Below are positions 1 through 13,495 of a DNA stretch of 64,000 nt, in pieces. Numbering within the stretch: position 1 is the stretch's first letter; the number at the start of each line of letters is the position of its first letter. The translations under genes were made by a program, and so were the position numbers. Below the pieces are notes generated by a model that ran no database searches, was not told the DNA's origin, and saw only the letters and a program-made list of their open reading frames with translations. Origin of the DNA: Lama glama (Eukaryota); NCBI GenBank assembly GCA_028534125.1, contig CM052832.1:14076001-14140000 (forward strand). The letters are read 5' to 3'.

Positions 1-95
1 GATCAGAAAGGTTATAATAATCATGAGCTGCTGTTGCTGCCAGGAGAGCTCTTTCTGGAGAGAAGAAGCAAGCTGCCAGCCTGGGGCAGAAATAT

Positions 96-1745
96 ATTTT
101 TTTAATTGAAGTACAGTCAATTACAATGTGTCGATTTCTGGTGTACAGCACAATGTTCCAGTCATGCATATACATACATATATTTGTTTTCATATTCTTT
201 TTCATTAAAGGTTATTATAAGATATTGAATACAGTTCCCTGGGCTATACAGAAGAAATTTGTCTTTTTTTAAAATCTATTTTTATATATAGTGCCTAACA
301 TTTGCAAATTTCAAACTCCCAAATTTATCTCTTCCCACCCCTGCCCCCTGTAATCGTAAGTTTATTTTCTACGTCTGTGAGTCTGTTTCTGTCTTGTAAG
401 TAAGTTCGGGGTTTTTTGTTTGTTTGTTTTTTAGGTTCCACATATAAGTGATATGGTATTTTTCTTTCTCTTTCTGGCTTACTTCACTTAGAATAACAGT
501 CTCCAGGTCCATCCTTGTTAACTGCAAATGGCATTGTTTTATTCTTTTTTATGGCTGAATAGTATTCTGTTGTGTAAATATACCACAACTTCTTTATCCA
601 GTCATCTGTTGATGGACATTTAGGTTGTTTCCACGTCTTAGCTATTGTAAATAGTACTGCTATGAACATTGAGCTGCATGTATCTTTTTGAATTAAGGTC
701 CCCTTTGGATATATTCCTCTGGATATATACGGGATTGCTGAATCATACTGCAAGTCTATTTTCAGTCTTTTGAGGAATCTCCATACTGTTTTCCATAACA
801 GCTGCACCAAATTACATTTCCCACCAACAGTGTAGAAGGGTTCCCTTTTCTCCATCTCCTCTCAAGCATTTATTGTTTGTGGACTTTTGAATGATGGCTA
901 TTCTGACTGGTGTGAGATGATACCTCATGGTAGTTTTGATTTGCATTTCTCTGATAATTAGCAATGCTGAGCATTTTTTCATGTGCCTGTTGGCCATTCA
1001 TTTGTCTTCACTGGAAAATTCCTTGTTTAGGTCTTCTGCCCATTTTTGGATTGGGTTTTTTTTTTATTATTAAGTTGTATGAGCTGCTTATATATTATAG
1101 AAATTAAGCCCTTGTCAGTCTCATCTTTTGCAAATATTTCCTTCCATTCCATGGGTTGTCTTTTTGTTTTGCTTATGGTTTCCTTTGCTGTGCAAAAGCT
1201 TACAAGTTTTATTAGGTCCCATTTGTTAATTTTTGCTTTTATTTCTATTGCCTGGGTAGACTGCCCTAGGAGAACATTGCTGAGATTTATGTCAGATAAT
1301 GTTTTGCCTCTGTTTTCTTCTAGGAGGTTTATTGTATCTTCTCCTATATTTAAGTCTTTATGACATTGTGAGTTTATTTTTGTGTATGGTCTGAGAGAGT
1401 GTTCTAACTTCATTGATTTACACACTGCTATCTAGTTTTCTCAACACCACTTGCTCAAGGGACTGTCTTTTCTCCATTGTATATTCTTGCCTCCTTTGTC
1501 AAAGATTAATTGACCGTAGGTCTGTAGGTTTATTTCTGGGCTCTCTATTCTGTTCCATTGATCCATATGTCTGTTTTTAATGCCAATTTACTATAGCTCT
1601 GTAGTAATGTCTGAAGTCAGATTCGTTCTTTTTCTTCAATATTCCTTTGGCAATTCTGGACATTTTGTGATTCCATATAAATTTTAGGATTATTTGAAAA
1701 ATGTCATGGGTAATTTCATAGGGATTGCATTAAATCTGTAGATTA
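96..1745 (-). mobile_element. LINE-1 3' portion (ORF2 C-terminus, 3' UTR, poly-A remnant), frameshifted
   Basis: Minus ORFs 1027-1425, 812-997 and 484-855 translate to L1 ORF2 C-terminal motifs ([42 protein letters not shown]). T-tract at 96-103. Candidate TSD ctggggcagaaat (81-93) / ctgggatagaaat (1746-1758). Confidence 0.93.
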
Positions 1746-1864
1746 CTGGGATAGAAATTAACACAAGGAAACCCCAAATAGTGATGCTTCAAATACCAGT
1801 GACTGTAAAATCAGTTCTGGAGAAATAAGATCATAAAATCCTCCTATAGAAAGGTCCTCTAAGC

Positions 1865-2065
1865 CAGATATTGGCAAACTTTTTCCATAATGCACCAGAT
1901 GGTAAATATTTTAGGCCATGCAGGCCATGGGGTCTCTGTCGCAAATACTCAACACTGCCATCATAGCATGAAAGCATCCATAGATGATACATAAATGAAT
2001 GAGTAATATAGTAAATCACTATATTCCAGTGAAACTTTGTCTATGAAAACGGATGGCAGATCTTC
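1865..2065. mobile_element. MER58-like hAT DNA transposon fragment
   Basis: ggcaaactttttccataa...cagatggtaaatattttaggc resembles the MER58A start (from memory). Confidence 0.6.
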
Positions 2066-2269
2066 TCAAGACAGGCCAAGATGGCTGACCCCATTCCAGT
2101 TGAAAGAGAGTAGGAAAGGACAAGGGGCCAGCACAGCTCGGAGTTGCACACGTCACTTTCATTCACACTCAGAACTTAACCCTTTGCCCATATATAAAGC
2201 TGCAAGGAAGGCTGGAAGTGTGAGCTACACCATGAACAGCCACATGTCTATCAAGAATCAGGCATCTGC

Positions 2270-2635
2270 CACCCAAAACCTAGTAGAGCTAATAAATGAG
2301 TTCAGCAAAGTTGCAGGATACAAGATCAATGTACAAAAATCAGCCGTATTTCTCTACACTGAGCAATGAACAATCCAAAAATGAAAATGATATTAAGAAA
2401 AGAATTCTATTCACAAAAGCATTAAAAGGGATAAAATACTTAAGAATAAATTTAACAAAAGAAGTGCAAGATTTGTATGCTGAAAACTGCAAAACATCAC
2501 TGAAAGAAACAGAAGAAGATCTACATAAATGGAAGGACATCCCGTGTTCCTGGGTTGGAAGGCTCAATATTCTTAATACGTCAATACTCCTCAAATTGAT
2601 CTACAATTCAGTGCAATTCCTATCAGATTTCTTGT
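2270..2635 (+). mobile_element. Old LINE-1 ORF2 fragment (RT region)
   Basis: Translations [21 protein letters not shown] and IKYLRINLTKEVQDLY...KWKDIPCSWVGRLNI. Confidence 0.9.
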
Positions 2636-2639
2636 TTTT

Positions 2640-4220
2640 AGTCAGACAGTACAAGGGACCACACTCACCTTTAAGGAAATAACCCAACTTGTTCCAAACC
2701 ACTGGACCCCCAGGAAATGTTGATGAGATGGTAAGTCCCTATATTTATATAGGATTTGTCACCCACCCTCTGGCTTGCTTGGGTCTTACTAAGATATCTA
2801 AAGTTCTTGCTATGATCTGCCTCTCAGGTCCAATCAGAATAACATCATCAAAGCCATGATGTTCTGTGAGATAGTGGAATGATTAAAACCTCTGCAGACT
2901 AGATTACAAAGAGCAAGAAGGTTAACGTAGCCCTGAGGCAAGACCATAAAGGCATACTGTTGGGCATGGTAGGTGATATTAAACTGCTTGGGGTAATACT
3001 TGCAAGTTGTTACAGAGAAATTACCATTTGCCAGATCAATAGGGCTGTCCCAGGGAGACAGGAGACTATGCTAATTTGCTCCAATCAAGATAGCTCATCT
3101 GGGACAGCAGCTGCTATTGGACTCACCATCTGATTATGTTTACAGTGAATTACAGAAATTCTCTGAGAGCCATCTGCCTTGCACAAACCAAACAGATAAG
3201 ATAAATGGGGGTGTAACAGGCAGCATCATCCCTGCAATTTCCCCAAGCCTGCAACACTGCTTTTACTTTACTATCTGGTTAGGGAAGGTAAGTTCTAGGA
3301 TCCTTCCTTGTGGTCCTTCCTGCCCTAATAGCCTTTATTCAGTGGTTCTTATTCAGCTACTGTGAGGATTCTACCACCGGCCAAGTATTTATTCAAGAAC
3401 TAGGGAAATAAGAACAGGATGGGTCTATGGTTCTGCTTGGCTCACTGTGGTTTAGACTTCAGCCACAATTCCATTTATCATCTGATCACCATAAGCCCTC
3501 GGTGGCCTTTTTTGGTTTCCAGGAATTAATGACAATTCAAAGCCAGTATCTAGTGATCTCCAAAGAGTCTGCGAATGTTCCTTTCCCCAAGACACAGTTA
3601 CCCTAGTAAATGGCTGCAGGGTCCTTGGAGGAAAGCTTTGGGGAAGATTTCTACTGTTTGCTGATGGGATTTTGCAAGATCTTGTCTTAAGGGGACACTG
3701 GCCTCAACTCAATCAAGGCGCTCTGAGTCTATGAACTGCCTTAAGTCCAGAGACTGCGTGGGGACTGTGACCATCATTGTGGGGACCAAAGGTTCTGGCT
3801 GCCTGACCTGTCATGTTTCTGTAGATCAAGAAATATTTATAGGTTGTTCATCTATTTTATTCCTAGAGATGCCATGATCAATTAGCCACCTTTGAAACCC
3901 ATGCAGATCAAAACATTCTGATTACCATTCTCCGATGCCCCTTTTGTCTCTGGTGAATAATGCTGCCACTTGGCCCCTCCTACTCCAGGACTTCACCTCT
4001 CCTGTTGGAATATGGGAGCCTGTCTCAAGGGTGGGTGCCCCTGCTTCCCACTACTCCCAGCCTGTGGGAAACAGCCAGTACACAGCTGGTGGAGGACCCT
4101 GGGTACTTCCCCTGTTACAGGATTCTGAGAGCCCTCGGGTGGGTGTGTCCTACCTGATTCTGAGACAGGAGGGAAAGGGGCAGGGCACAGCCACTCAAGG
4201 AATGACAGCAATTTAACACC
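2640..4220 (-). mobile_element. Decayed ERV-L internal sequence (protease and RT remnants)
   Basis: Minus strand reads PFTRVTVSWGKEHSQTLWRSLDTGFELSLIPG...AYGDQMINGIVAEV*, with LDTG at 3553-3542 (ERV-L aspartyl protease). FDDVILIGP near 2850 is a degenerate RT YIDDIMLIGP. Confidence 0.85.
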
Positions 4221-4249
4221 AAAATCATGGAAGATACACCTCCTAGTTG

Positions 4250-4725
4250 GCCTTGAGGATTAAGAGGTTTGACTTCTAGTAGGTCTTGAGCTTCATTATA
4301 TGCTTATTGTAACAGCCTGATAAGTAACATGCCCGCAGGCACCATGAGAGTCCCAAGGACAACTGCAAAAGGCCAAAGAATGGGTGGTGGTCCCAGGGAA
4401 TCCCAGCCACTTCCCCAGGACAGTTGGAATGGTCCCACCTGTAGGCCTGTGAAGCTACTGAGCCCATAAAAACCGACAACACCACGCATAGTGGCCCTTT
4501 TCGCTCCCTCCTCGCTCCCTCCTCTTTGGAGACGGCCCACACTCTGTCCATGGAGTGTGTACCTACTTTTACTTTAACCTGAGCACCCAATTCCCAGACC
4601 TCTTTCCTTGCCTTTCTCTTGCCTTACACTCTATGCAGTGTGTACCTCTCTAAATAAATCTACCTTTACTCACGGTGGCTCGCACTTGAATTCTTTCCTG
4701 TGAGAAGCAAAGGACCCACACCTGG
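4250..4725 (+). mobile_element. LTR, probably ERV1-class, truncated by assembly gap
   Basis: TATA-like cataaaa near 4465, AATAAA near 4653, U5-like ttgaattctttcctgtgagaagcaaaggacc. Confidence 0.65.
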
Positions 4726-5225
4726 NNNNNNNNNNNNNNNNNNNNNNNNNNNNNNNNNNNNNNNNNNNNNNNNNNNNNNNNNNNNNNNNNNNNNNNNNNN
4801 NNNNNNNNNNNNNNNNNNNNNNNNNNNNNNNNNNNNNNNNNNNNNNNNNNNNNNNNNNNNNNNNNNNNNNNNNNNNNNNNNNNNNNNNNNNNNNNNNNNN
4901 NNNNNNNNNNNNNNNNNNNNNNNNNNNNNNNNNNNNNNNNNNNNNNNNNNNNNNNNNNNNNNNNNNNNNNNNNNNNNNNNNNNNNNNNNNNNNNNNNNNN
5001 NNNNNNNNNNNNNNNNNNNNNNNNNNNNNNNNNNNNNNNNNNNNNNNNNNNNNNNNNNNNNNNNNNNNNNNNNNNNNNNNNNNNNNNNNNNNNNNNNNNN
5101 NNNNNNNNNNNNNNNNNNNNNNNNNNNNNNNNNNNNNNNNNNNNNNNNNNNNNNNNNNNNNNNNNNNNNNNNNNNNNNNNNNNNNNNNNNNNNNNNNNNN
5201 NNNNNNNNNNNNNNNNNNNNNNNNN
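4726..5225. other. Assembly gap (500 N)
   Basis: Run of exactly 500 N, probably a placeholder size. Confidence 0.99.
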
Positions 5226-5490
5226 CAGCTTCCCCTCACCCACTGCCAGGGGAAGAAGCCTGGGCTGTCCTCCTGGAGGATGAGAGACCATGGAGAGACA
5301 GTCCCAACCGATGGCCAGCACCAACAGGCCGACTGTCTTGGGTTTTTCATCCAGATACCTGCCACCAGGTGAGACGAGCAGAAGAATCACCCAACTGAGT
5401 CTGACTAAATCACTGACCCACAAGCTCATGAGCAAAGAAAACAGTTATCGTTTTATGCCACTATGTTATAGAGCAATAGATAACTGGGCA
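5226..5490 (+). mobile_element. MaLR (MLT1-type) LTR 3' part
   Basis: agaagaatcacccaactgag...ctgacccacaagctcatgag...agcaatagataactg, typical MLT1 terminus. Confidence 0.7.
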
Positions 5491-5889
5491 CGCATCCCAT
5501 CCAGAGCCTCTGGTGAGTGATCTCATATTGATTAATCCAGTACAGTCACTAGAAGGGCCCTCTATGACAAAAATAGGAGATGACTAAAACTACACACTAC
5601 GAAATGGGCAAAAGTGGTGCCCAAACCAACGCAGATGAAGAATCAGGGGAGGAGGCTATAAGTGGAGACAGGTTGCCTGTAGCTCAGATCTCAGGCAGGG
5701 CCAGCAAAGAGCAGTCCCAAATGAGAAGCCTGTCACTGGTAACAGCAAAGCCTCAGGTGTGACCATGGGAGAGAAGGCTGAGGCCAGGTGAAGGGCAGGG
5801 TCACAGAAGGAGAGAAGTCAGGGGACTGAGAGGCCAGGTGGTGGGAAGGACCAACTAGGTGGACACTGAACACATCAAGAATTATGACT

Positions 5890-7340
5890 GGAACAAACAG
5901 CCCATTAAAAAATGGGCAGAGGAGCTGAATAGACATTTTTTTCCAAAGAAGACATATAGGTGGCCAACAGGCACATGAAGACACTCAACATCACTAATCA
6001 TTAGGGGAATGTACATCAAAACCACAGTGACCTGGGTGGACCTGGAGATCATCATACGAAGTGAAATAAGCCAGAAAGAGAAAGAAAAAAACCATATGAT
6101 ATCACTTATATGTGGAATCTAAAAAAAAGGACGCAAATGAACTGACTGACAAAACAGAGACAGATTCACAAATATAGAAAATAAACTTATGGTTACCAGG
6201 GGGGAAAGGGGATGGGGAGGGACAAACTGGGAGTTTGGGATTTGCAGATACTAACTACTGTATATAAAATAGATAAACAAAAAGGTCCTACTATATAGCA
6301 CAAGGAGCTATATTCAATAACTTGTAATACCCTATAATGAAAAAGAATATGAAAAGGTATATACATATAACTCAATCAGTACACTGTATACCAGAAATTA
6401 CAACATTGTAAATTGACTATATCTCAACATACATAAATAAATAAATAAATAAACAAAACCACCATGAGATGTCACCTCACACCTATCAGAATGACTATCA
6501 GCAAAAAGACAAGACATAACAAGCAGTGGCAAGCATATGGAGAAAAGGGAACCCTCCTACACTCTTGGTGGAAATACAAATTTATGTAGCCACTATGAAA
6601 AACAGTATGGAGGTTAAATTTTTTTTAATATTTAAAAAATTTTTTAAATAAAAATTAAAATAGAACTACCATACAATCCATCAATTCCACTTCTGGGTGT
6701 TTTTCCAAAGAAAACAAAGCCACCTGTTTGATAATATACATGCATCCCTGTTTGTTGAGCACTATTTACAATAGTCGAGATATGAAAGCAACCTAAGTGC
6801 CCATTGATAGATGAATGGATGAAAAAAATCTTTAAAAAAAAAAGATGTGAGATAGATAGATAGATAGATAGATATCACAATGGAATATTACTCAGCCATT
6901 AAAAATGAAATCTTGTCATTTGTGACAACATGGATGGACCTAGAGAGTATTATGCCAAGTGAAATAAGTCAGACAGACAGAGACAAATACTGTATGATTT
7001 CACTTATATATGGAATCTAAACAACAAAACAAATAAACAAACATAACAAAATAGAAACAGAATCATAGATACAGAGATAAAAATAGATGGTTGCCAAAGG
7101 GGAGAGGAGGATGAATGAAATAGGTGAGGGAAATTAAGAGGTTCCAGTTTCAAAATGAATGAGTCATGGGGATGAAATGTATAGTGTGGGGAATATAGTC
7201 AATAACTAGGTAACATCTTTGTATGATGACAGATGGTAACTTATTGTAGTGAGCATTTTGTAATGCATAGAAATATTGAATCACTGTGTTGTACACCAGG
7301 AACTAATAAAGTGTTATAGGTCAGTTATGTTTCAAAAAAA
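5890..7340 (+). mobile_element. LINE-1 3' end with a younger L1 3' end nested at 6031-6453
   Basis: ORF2 tail and 3' UTR motifs with A-tail near 7334. Inner element ends in (TAAA)n and is flanked by caaaaccacagtga / caaaaccaccatga. Confidence 0.85.
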
Positions 7341-8297
7341 AAATTACAACCAGAGTGGTATTAGGGACAAGGGCACAGCATTAGGTGCTAAACTCTTCAA
7401 AGAATCAGGAGTAACCAAAGGTCAGTAGATGTCTGCAACAATTGTTCCATTAAATAGCATGAGATTTAAAGCTGGGAGTTTAGGGGGAAGAAGGAAGCAT
7501 CATATTCTGGAAGTGGAGCGAGTAGATCACAGACCCCACCTCCTGGCCAGTGGCAGGAGGAGAGAGGGAGAGAAGACAGCCACCACTTGAGCTAGTGGCG
7601 GGGAAAGCAGTGTCCCCAGGGAGAGCCAGTTTTTCAGAAGAGCTAGAAGGTGAAGGAATGGTCCACAGAAGACAAATCCTAGGGCCCCTCCCTTGCCGGA
7701 GTTCGGAAGGACTCAGTGAAGGGTTTCAGGTGTTAGGAGGCGGGAGACAGGATGAGAGAAGGGGAGGCAGGGCCAGATGGGGATTAGATGCAGGGAGGAG
7801 GCTGACCAGAGAAGTAAGCAGGGATAAAGCATGTAATGAGATTAGTCCCCTTGTCTGTAGCAGAGCAGAAGAGTGGGGCTGAGAGGCTGGCGAGGCTGTC
7901 AGGGAGAAAAGCAGGGTGCAGAGAAGTGCACAGGGCTTTTCCAGAACTCTGACTCCTACCAAAACTTTTCCAAGAATGATCAAAAAATGATGAAAAATTA
8001 AGCAAAACAGAAGAGAACACAAGAACAGATCACAACAGAGATTTGATTTAATATGTAACAATTGTGGAATTTCAATTTGATGAGGAAAGAATGGGGCTTT
8101 ATTTAATAAGTGATGCTGACTCAATTGGGATCCCACCAAGAGGAAAATCAGGTAGAAACTCTACCTCTCACCATAGCCAAATAAAAAATAAATTTCAGAT
8201 GGCTTAAATGCACACATGTAAACAATATTCAGACTATAAAATACTTTTATATATATATGAAAAACTTTTTTTGTTGTGTTTTTGATTGGTTTCTTGA

Positions 8298-8378
8298 GGG
8301 GGGAGGTCATTATGTTTATTTATTATTTTAATAGAGGCACTGGGGATTGAACCCATGACCTTATGCATGCTAAGCATC
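8298..8378 (-). mobile_element. tRNA-derived SINE (Vic-1-like), partial
   Basis: Shares gggggaggt..tttatttatt..ggggattgaacccatgacc..tgcatgctaagca with copies at 49507, 58002 and 60085. Confidence 0.75.
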
Positions 8379-8624
8379 TAGTCGCATTTATTGCTGATGG
8401 AAATGTGTTTCATTTCAGCCTTTTTGGAAAATAATCTGGAAAGATCTATTAACATTGAAATATACACAACCTTTAACCCAGCAATTCATACCTGGGAATC
8501 AAGCCACTTAAAAATAAAAGCAAGAGCCCAGAAGGATGGAAAGGTACAAGAATATTTATGGTAGCATTAGTCCAAGCAGTGAAAACAAAACAAGACAAAA
8601 CTGAAAAACAAAGGGAATGCACCT

Positions 8625-9005
8625 TAGCAATCTAAATGTCCATCAACAGATGACCGGATAAAGAAGTTGTAGTATATTTATACAATGGAATACTACTCAG
8701 CCATAAAAAATAATAAAATAATGCCATTTGCAGCAACATGGATCGACCTGAAAATCATCATTCTAAGTGAAGTAAGCCAAAAAGAAAAAGAAAAATACCA
8801 TATAATATCACTCATATGTGAAATCTAAAAAAAAAGAAAAAGAAAAAAGAGAACTCATCCACAAAACAGAAACGGACTCGCAGACACAGTAAACAATCTT
8901 ACCGAGGAAAAGGGGGTGGGAAGGGATAAATTTGGGTGTTTGAGATTTGCAAAGGTTAACCACGATATATAAAAATAGATTAGAACAAACAAACCGTGTA
9001 GCACC
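8625..9005 (+). mobile_element. LINE-1 3' fragment
   Basis: aaatgtccatcaacagatga...tggaatactactcagccataaaaa...ataatgccatttgcagcaacatgga. Confidence 0.85.
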
Positions 9006-9714
9006 CCCCCCCAATTTTTAAATTACACCTAATTCAAACCATCTTTACCCACCCCTGCGTCCTTCTGGTCTACCAGGAGGAGCTCTTCTCTTGGCCCCCT
9101 TACACTCCCCCACTCTCTGCAAGGCGGCTTCTGATGCCGGCAGGCTACTGAAGCAACTCTGCTCAAGGAGGAGGGATTGCTACATGGTTTCTCAGATTTA
9201 TTTAAAGAAGTACGCAAGCATAAAAAATTGAAATCACAGGTGTAGACAACCCCTTCTGAAAGTGTGGCTGTGAGTGGGATAAAAACGTGATGGCAGGACC
9301 TGGAGGGGATTAGGGGGTTTACTCTGAGAAAGCGTGTTCACAGGCTATGGGTCTCGGCCAGTTGGGAGGGGGAGGGGCTGAATAGGCTTGAAAAGAGATG
9401 ATAAGGGGAGCCCCAGAGACGCCCATCTTCTCCAGACTGACCGCACATCAAAATCACTGGGCCCACCCAGAACTAATCAGTCAGAGGTTGAGCCAAAGAA
9501 TCTGGACTGTAATAAGCCCCTTGAATAGCATTAAAAAATATAGCAATTATGTAGGAATAAACTTAACAAGAGATATGCAAAAAGCATTACAAGGAAAAAA
9601 TTTTAATAAACCGAATAAATGTATGCGTGTGAGTATACACGTGAGTACACACACACACACACACAAATACACACACACACACATATACCATGTTCAAGGA
9701 TTGGAAGACAAACT

Positions 9715-10010
9715 TCCAGGGTACAAACTTCCAGTTAGAAGATTAACAAGTTCCAGGGATGTAATGTACAGCATGGTGATTATAGGTAATAATACTGTAT
9801 TATGTACTTGAAAGTTGCTAAGAGAGTAGATCTTAAATGTCCTCAGCACGGAAAAGAAATGGTAATTATGTGACAGGATGGAGTTGTTAGCTATTGTTAT
9901 GGTGGTAATCATTTTGCGATTTATAAATATATTAAAGCATCACATTGTATACTTTAAACGTACACAGTGTTATATGTCAACTATATCTCAATAAAGCTGG
10001 AAAAAAATTA
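9715..10010 (+). mobile_element. LINE-1 extreme 3' UTR
   Basis: gggtacaaacttccagtta...aagttgctaagagagtagatcttaa...tatatctcaataaagctggaaaaaaa. Confidence 0.8.
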
Positions 10011-10089
10011 CATTAGGTTCCCCCATCCTATATCTTCTCTTCTTAACATGTGCCCCCTTAAAAAAAAAAAGGACAAAAAGACTTAATGT

Positions 10090-10965
10090 TGAAGAATGTA
10101 TTGATCTATAGATTCAATGCAATCAAATCAAAATCCTTACAGGTTTTTTCAGTTTTTGTTTTTTTGGCAGAATGTGACAAGTTCATTCTAAAGTGTGTGT
10201 GAAAACGAAAGGGACAAGAATAGCTTCCTAAAAAAAGAGGAATATTGCTTTACCGAATATCAAGACTTTCTGTAAAAGTACAGTGATTAGGAGAAGACGG
10301 TATTTGTGCAAGAAGAGACAGACTGAAGAAAGGACTAGAAACTGACATCGAGATGGATACTTGGGCTGGGATTTATAGGCACCAAAGAGCACAGGGAAAG
10401 ATGAGCCTTTTCAACAAACAGATGGAGTGTTCATATGGGGAAAAAATAAAACTTGGCCCTTACTTCACACTACAGATAAATCCCAGGTAGACTGTCAGCA
10501 TTTGGAAGGCAGAACAATAAAGGTTATAAAAGCTGATAGACAGTGAAAGAAAAGTTCGAGAACGAAAGCCTCAGGGTGGTGACAGATAACTTTTCATGAC
10601 ACAAAAGCACCAACCTTAGATGAAAAGTCTGACAAATTTGGCTTCATTAAGATTAATAAATAATTCTATGTATACAACATTCTAAAACAAGCAAAACTAT
10701 ACCGTAGTGTTTAGGAAAGCATCCTCAGGCTGAAAATGTTGGAGGGAAGCAAGGGCATGACTGCACAGAAGTCAGGGCGGTGGTTCCGTGAAGGGGAGGA
10801 GGAGCTGAGGCGTTTGGAGTCTAATGATGTTCTATTTCTTGACCTTGATGGGGTTACATGGGAGTTGACTTTGTAATAATATATTAACTTGTACGTTTAT
10901 GTTCCATGCATTTTTTTGTTTCTATGTTTCCTTCACATAAAGGTTTTAAGGGGAAAAAAATCTTC
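10090..10965 (+). mobile_element. Ancient LINE-1 (L1M/L1ME-type) fragments
   Basis: gatctatagattcaatgcaatc...aaatttggcttcattaagatt...tctatttcttgaccttgatgggg. Confidence 0.65.
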
Positions 10966-10999
10966 CCATGTGATTCTTATGAGCAACTACATTTCGGGA

Positions 11000-11530
11000 C
11001 CCCTCATCCAGAGCCTGGATGGACCAGCAATGTAACAGACATGTCTGTTTCATGGGATAGACTCCAACCCTGACTCACGGATCTCAGATATCAATTCACA
11101 CATCTGAAAAACCTGGGGTGATTTCAGGAACAGCTGGTTCCAGATACTCCAACAAGATTATTAGGAACCTCCCTTCTTTGCTCAGATTTTCTCATTATCC
11201 TGCAGACTCTCGACCCCTGGACAGCTCTCAGTGAGTCCAGCTATGTCCTGCCAGGGGAGTCACATGAGCAGAAAGAAACTGTCCCCTTCTCTGGAGTCTC
11301 AGCAATAGTGCTGGGTTGGCTCTCCTGGGACTGACCAGGGTCACATGCCCACCCCTGATCAATTGCTGTGGTCAAGGGTCTGAAATGTGATTGCCCAGAT
11401 GTGAAGGCAGAGTCAGCCTCACCTGAAATATATTGTCCATATGGAAGGAAAAAATGAATTTTCCTCCAAGGAAAAAGTGTCATTACCAAGAGAAAAGGGA
11501 AAAGAGATGCTTGGGCAGAAGAATAGAGAT
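11000..11530 (-). mobile_element. MaLR LTR (MLT1-like)
   Basis: gggtcacatgcccacccctgatcaattgctgtggtcaaggg...ttaccaagagaaaagggaa...gcttgggcag. Confidence 0.6.
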
Positions 11531-12939
11531 CAACAGGCTGGAAGCCCCCGTGGAGTCAGAGGGGAGGTGTGGTGGTGGAGGAAAGTGGGCAAGGGGTTGG
11601 AGAAGGAGATCGTCACTAGAGAGTGAGTGGGGTGTCTGAATTGTAATCTCAGAGGTGGAGTAGTTTCAGGTGGTGACAGGGTCCAGGTGGTGGCCTTGGT
11701 GGTGGGTGGCAGGGCTGTCATGGAGCCAAGACACCAGGGTGTTGGAGGCTCCAGAGCCCAGTGCCCAAGTCTTCATTAGTAAGGGCAGAACCCTAATAAA
11801 ACAGGTTGGTGCAGTGATTCAGTCTCAGAATGGTATCTAACATCAGAAATACAACCCAAGAGCCTAAAGTAATTAACAAGCAATTCCATTCTTTAGTCAC
11901 ACCTCTCAAGGGGTTTAAAGGGATTCACATACATAGTTCACAGCCACACTAATTAAAATCTCCTTTCCTCTCCTCTCCTCTTTCCTCTTGCCCTGGAGCT
12001 ACCTGTTGCCACTCATTTCAATCTCCATTGTCCACCAAAAAAAAAAAAAAAACCTAAAAACAAACAAACAAAATCCACCAAAAAATGCTCCTCCTCTGTA
12101 CCCAGCTCAACTCAGCCACTTTCCACTTGGAAGAATCAGTCTTCTTTAGGAAGGGAAGAGAAATGGAGGAGAAATTGGACTGGTATTACAGGACTCTTTT
12201 CGGTGGCCCGGGTGGGAGGCGGGGCAGGAAGGGGACACATCTGTGTCCAGCCTTGCACTGACCATTTCTGTCCTATCACAAGGAGAGTGACCTAAGAGTT
12301 ACACAGTAACAGCCACTGGGAGGGCCGGCAGGCGGTACAGCAAAATGAACAGGAATTTTACAAAAGTGGTCCCCAACTCCATCCCTCTGCCTTTCCAGCC
12401 TCCATTTCAGAACCTGGAATTCATGCTGAACAATCAGGAATAATCAAGGCAGAAGCTTAAGCAGGAGCCACTTTCTCCTCTCAGTAACAGACCTGGAAGT
12501 TTTATTGATTTAACAATAAACATGGATTTGTTTTATTTAGTATGAGAAATAAGCAGACAATATCTTGAGGAAAATCATTCTGAGGCTGTCAACAGCACTG
12601 GTAAATTCTGGAACTTTCACTTGAGATCTCATAAGTTTGAATGCAAATTTAAATAATAACTAAAGTACCATCTCTCACTCATTAAATAGAAAAAAAAAGT
12701 AAAAATAAAACCCAAAGTTGGTGAAGTTATTGGGGAAAAAGCATATCCATACATTATGAGCACAATGTTTTTTGAGGAGAAAGGTGATTTGGCAACACTC
12801 ATCAAATTCCATATAATTTTTATTCACAAAATCACTCAAAAGATGGAGAAAATCGCACTTACCTTCTCATCCTCACCACCGTCACCCTCCATGACTGGGC
12901 ATGGATTGTCTTATCCTTTTTTTTCATAAAATTTTTTTT

Positions 12940-13495
12940 TGTTGACCCATTTTTTAATTGTGGTGAAATATATATAAAATTAACCTTCTTAACCATTTTA
13001 AAATGTACAGTTCAATGTATTAAGTACATTCATATTATTGTGCAACCATGACCACCATCCATTTCAGAACTCTCTTCATTCAGCAAAACTAAAACTCCAT
13101 ACCCAAGAAACAACTCCCCGTTCCCTTCTGCCTTCAGCCCCTGGCAACCACCATTCTACCTTCTGTCTCTATGATTTTGACCACTCTAGGTCCCTCATAT
13201 AAGTGGAATCACACAGTATTTGTCTTCTTGTGATGGGCTTATTTCACTTAGCATACTATCCTCAAAGTTCATCCATGTCATAGCATGTGTCAAAATTCCC
13301 TTCCTTTTTAAAACTGAATAATATTTCACCATCTGTATATATCACATTTGCTTATCCATTCATCCTTGGGGGTGGCGTCCACCTTTTAGCTATTGTGAAT
13401 AATGCTACTATGAACATGGGTGTTCAAATATCTCTTTAAGACCCTGCTTTCAGTCCTTTGGGGCACACACCCAGGACTGGAGCTGCTGGATGATG
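12940..13495 (-). mobile_element. LINE-1 (L1M-type) 3' end
   Basis: cagcccctggcaaccaccattctac...tataagtggaatcacacagtatttgtc...gctattgtgaataatgctactatgaacat. Confidence 0.85.

Noticed and set aside
4650..5435. Three ORFs of 231-261 aa
   Set aside because: They are open only because they span the N gap.
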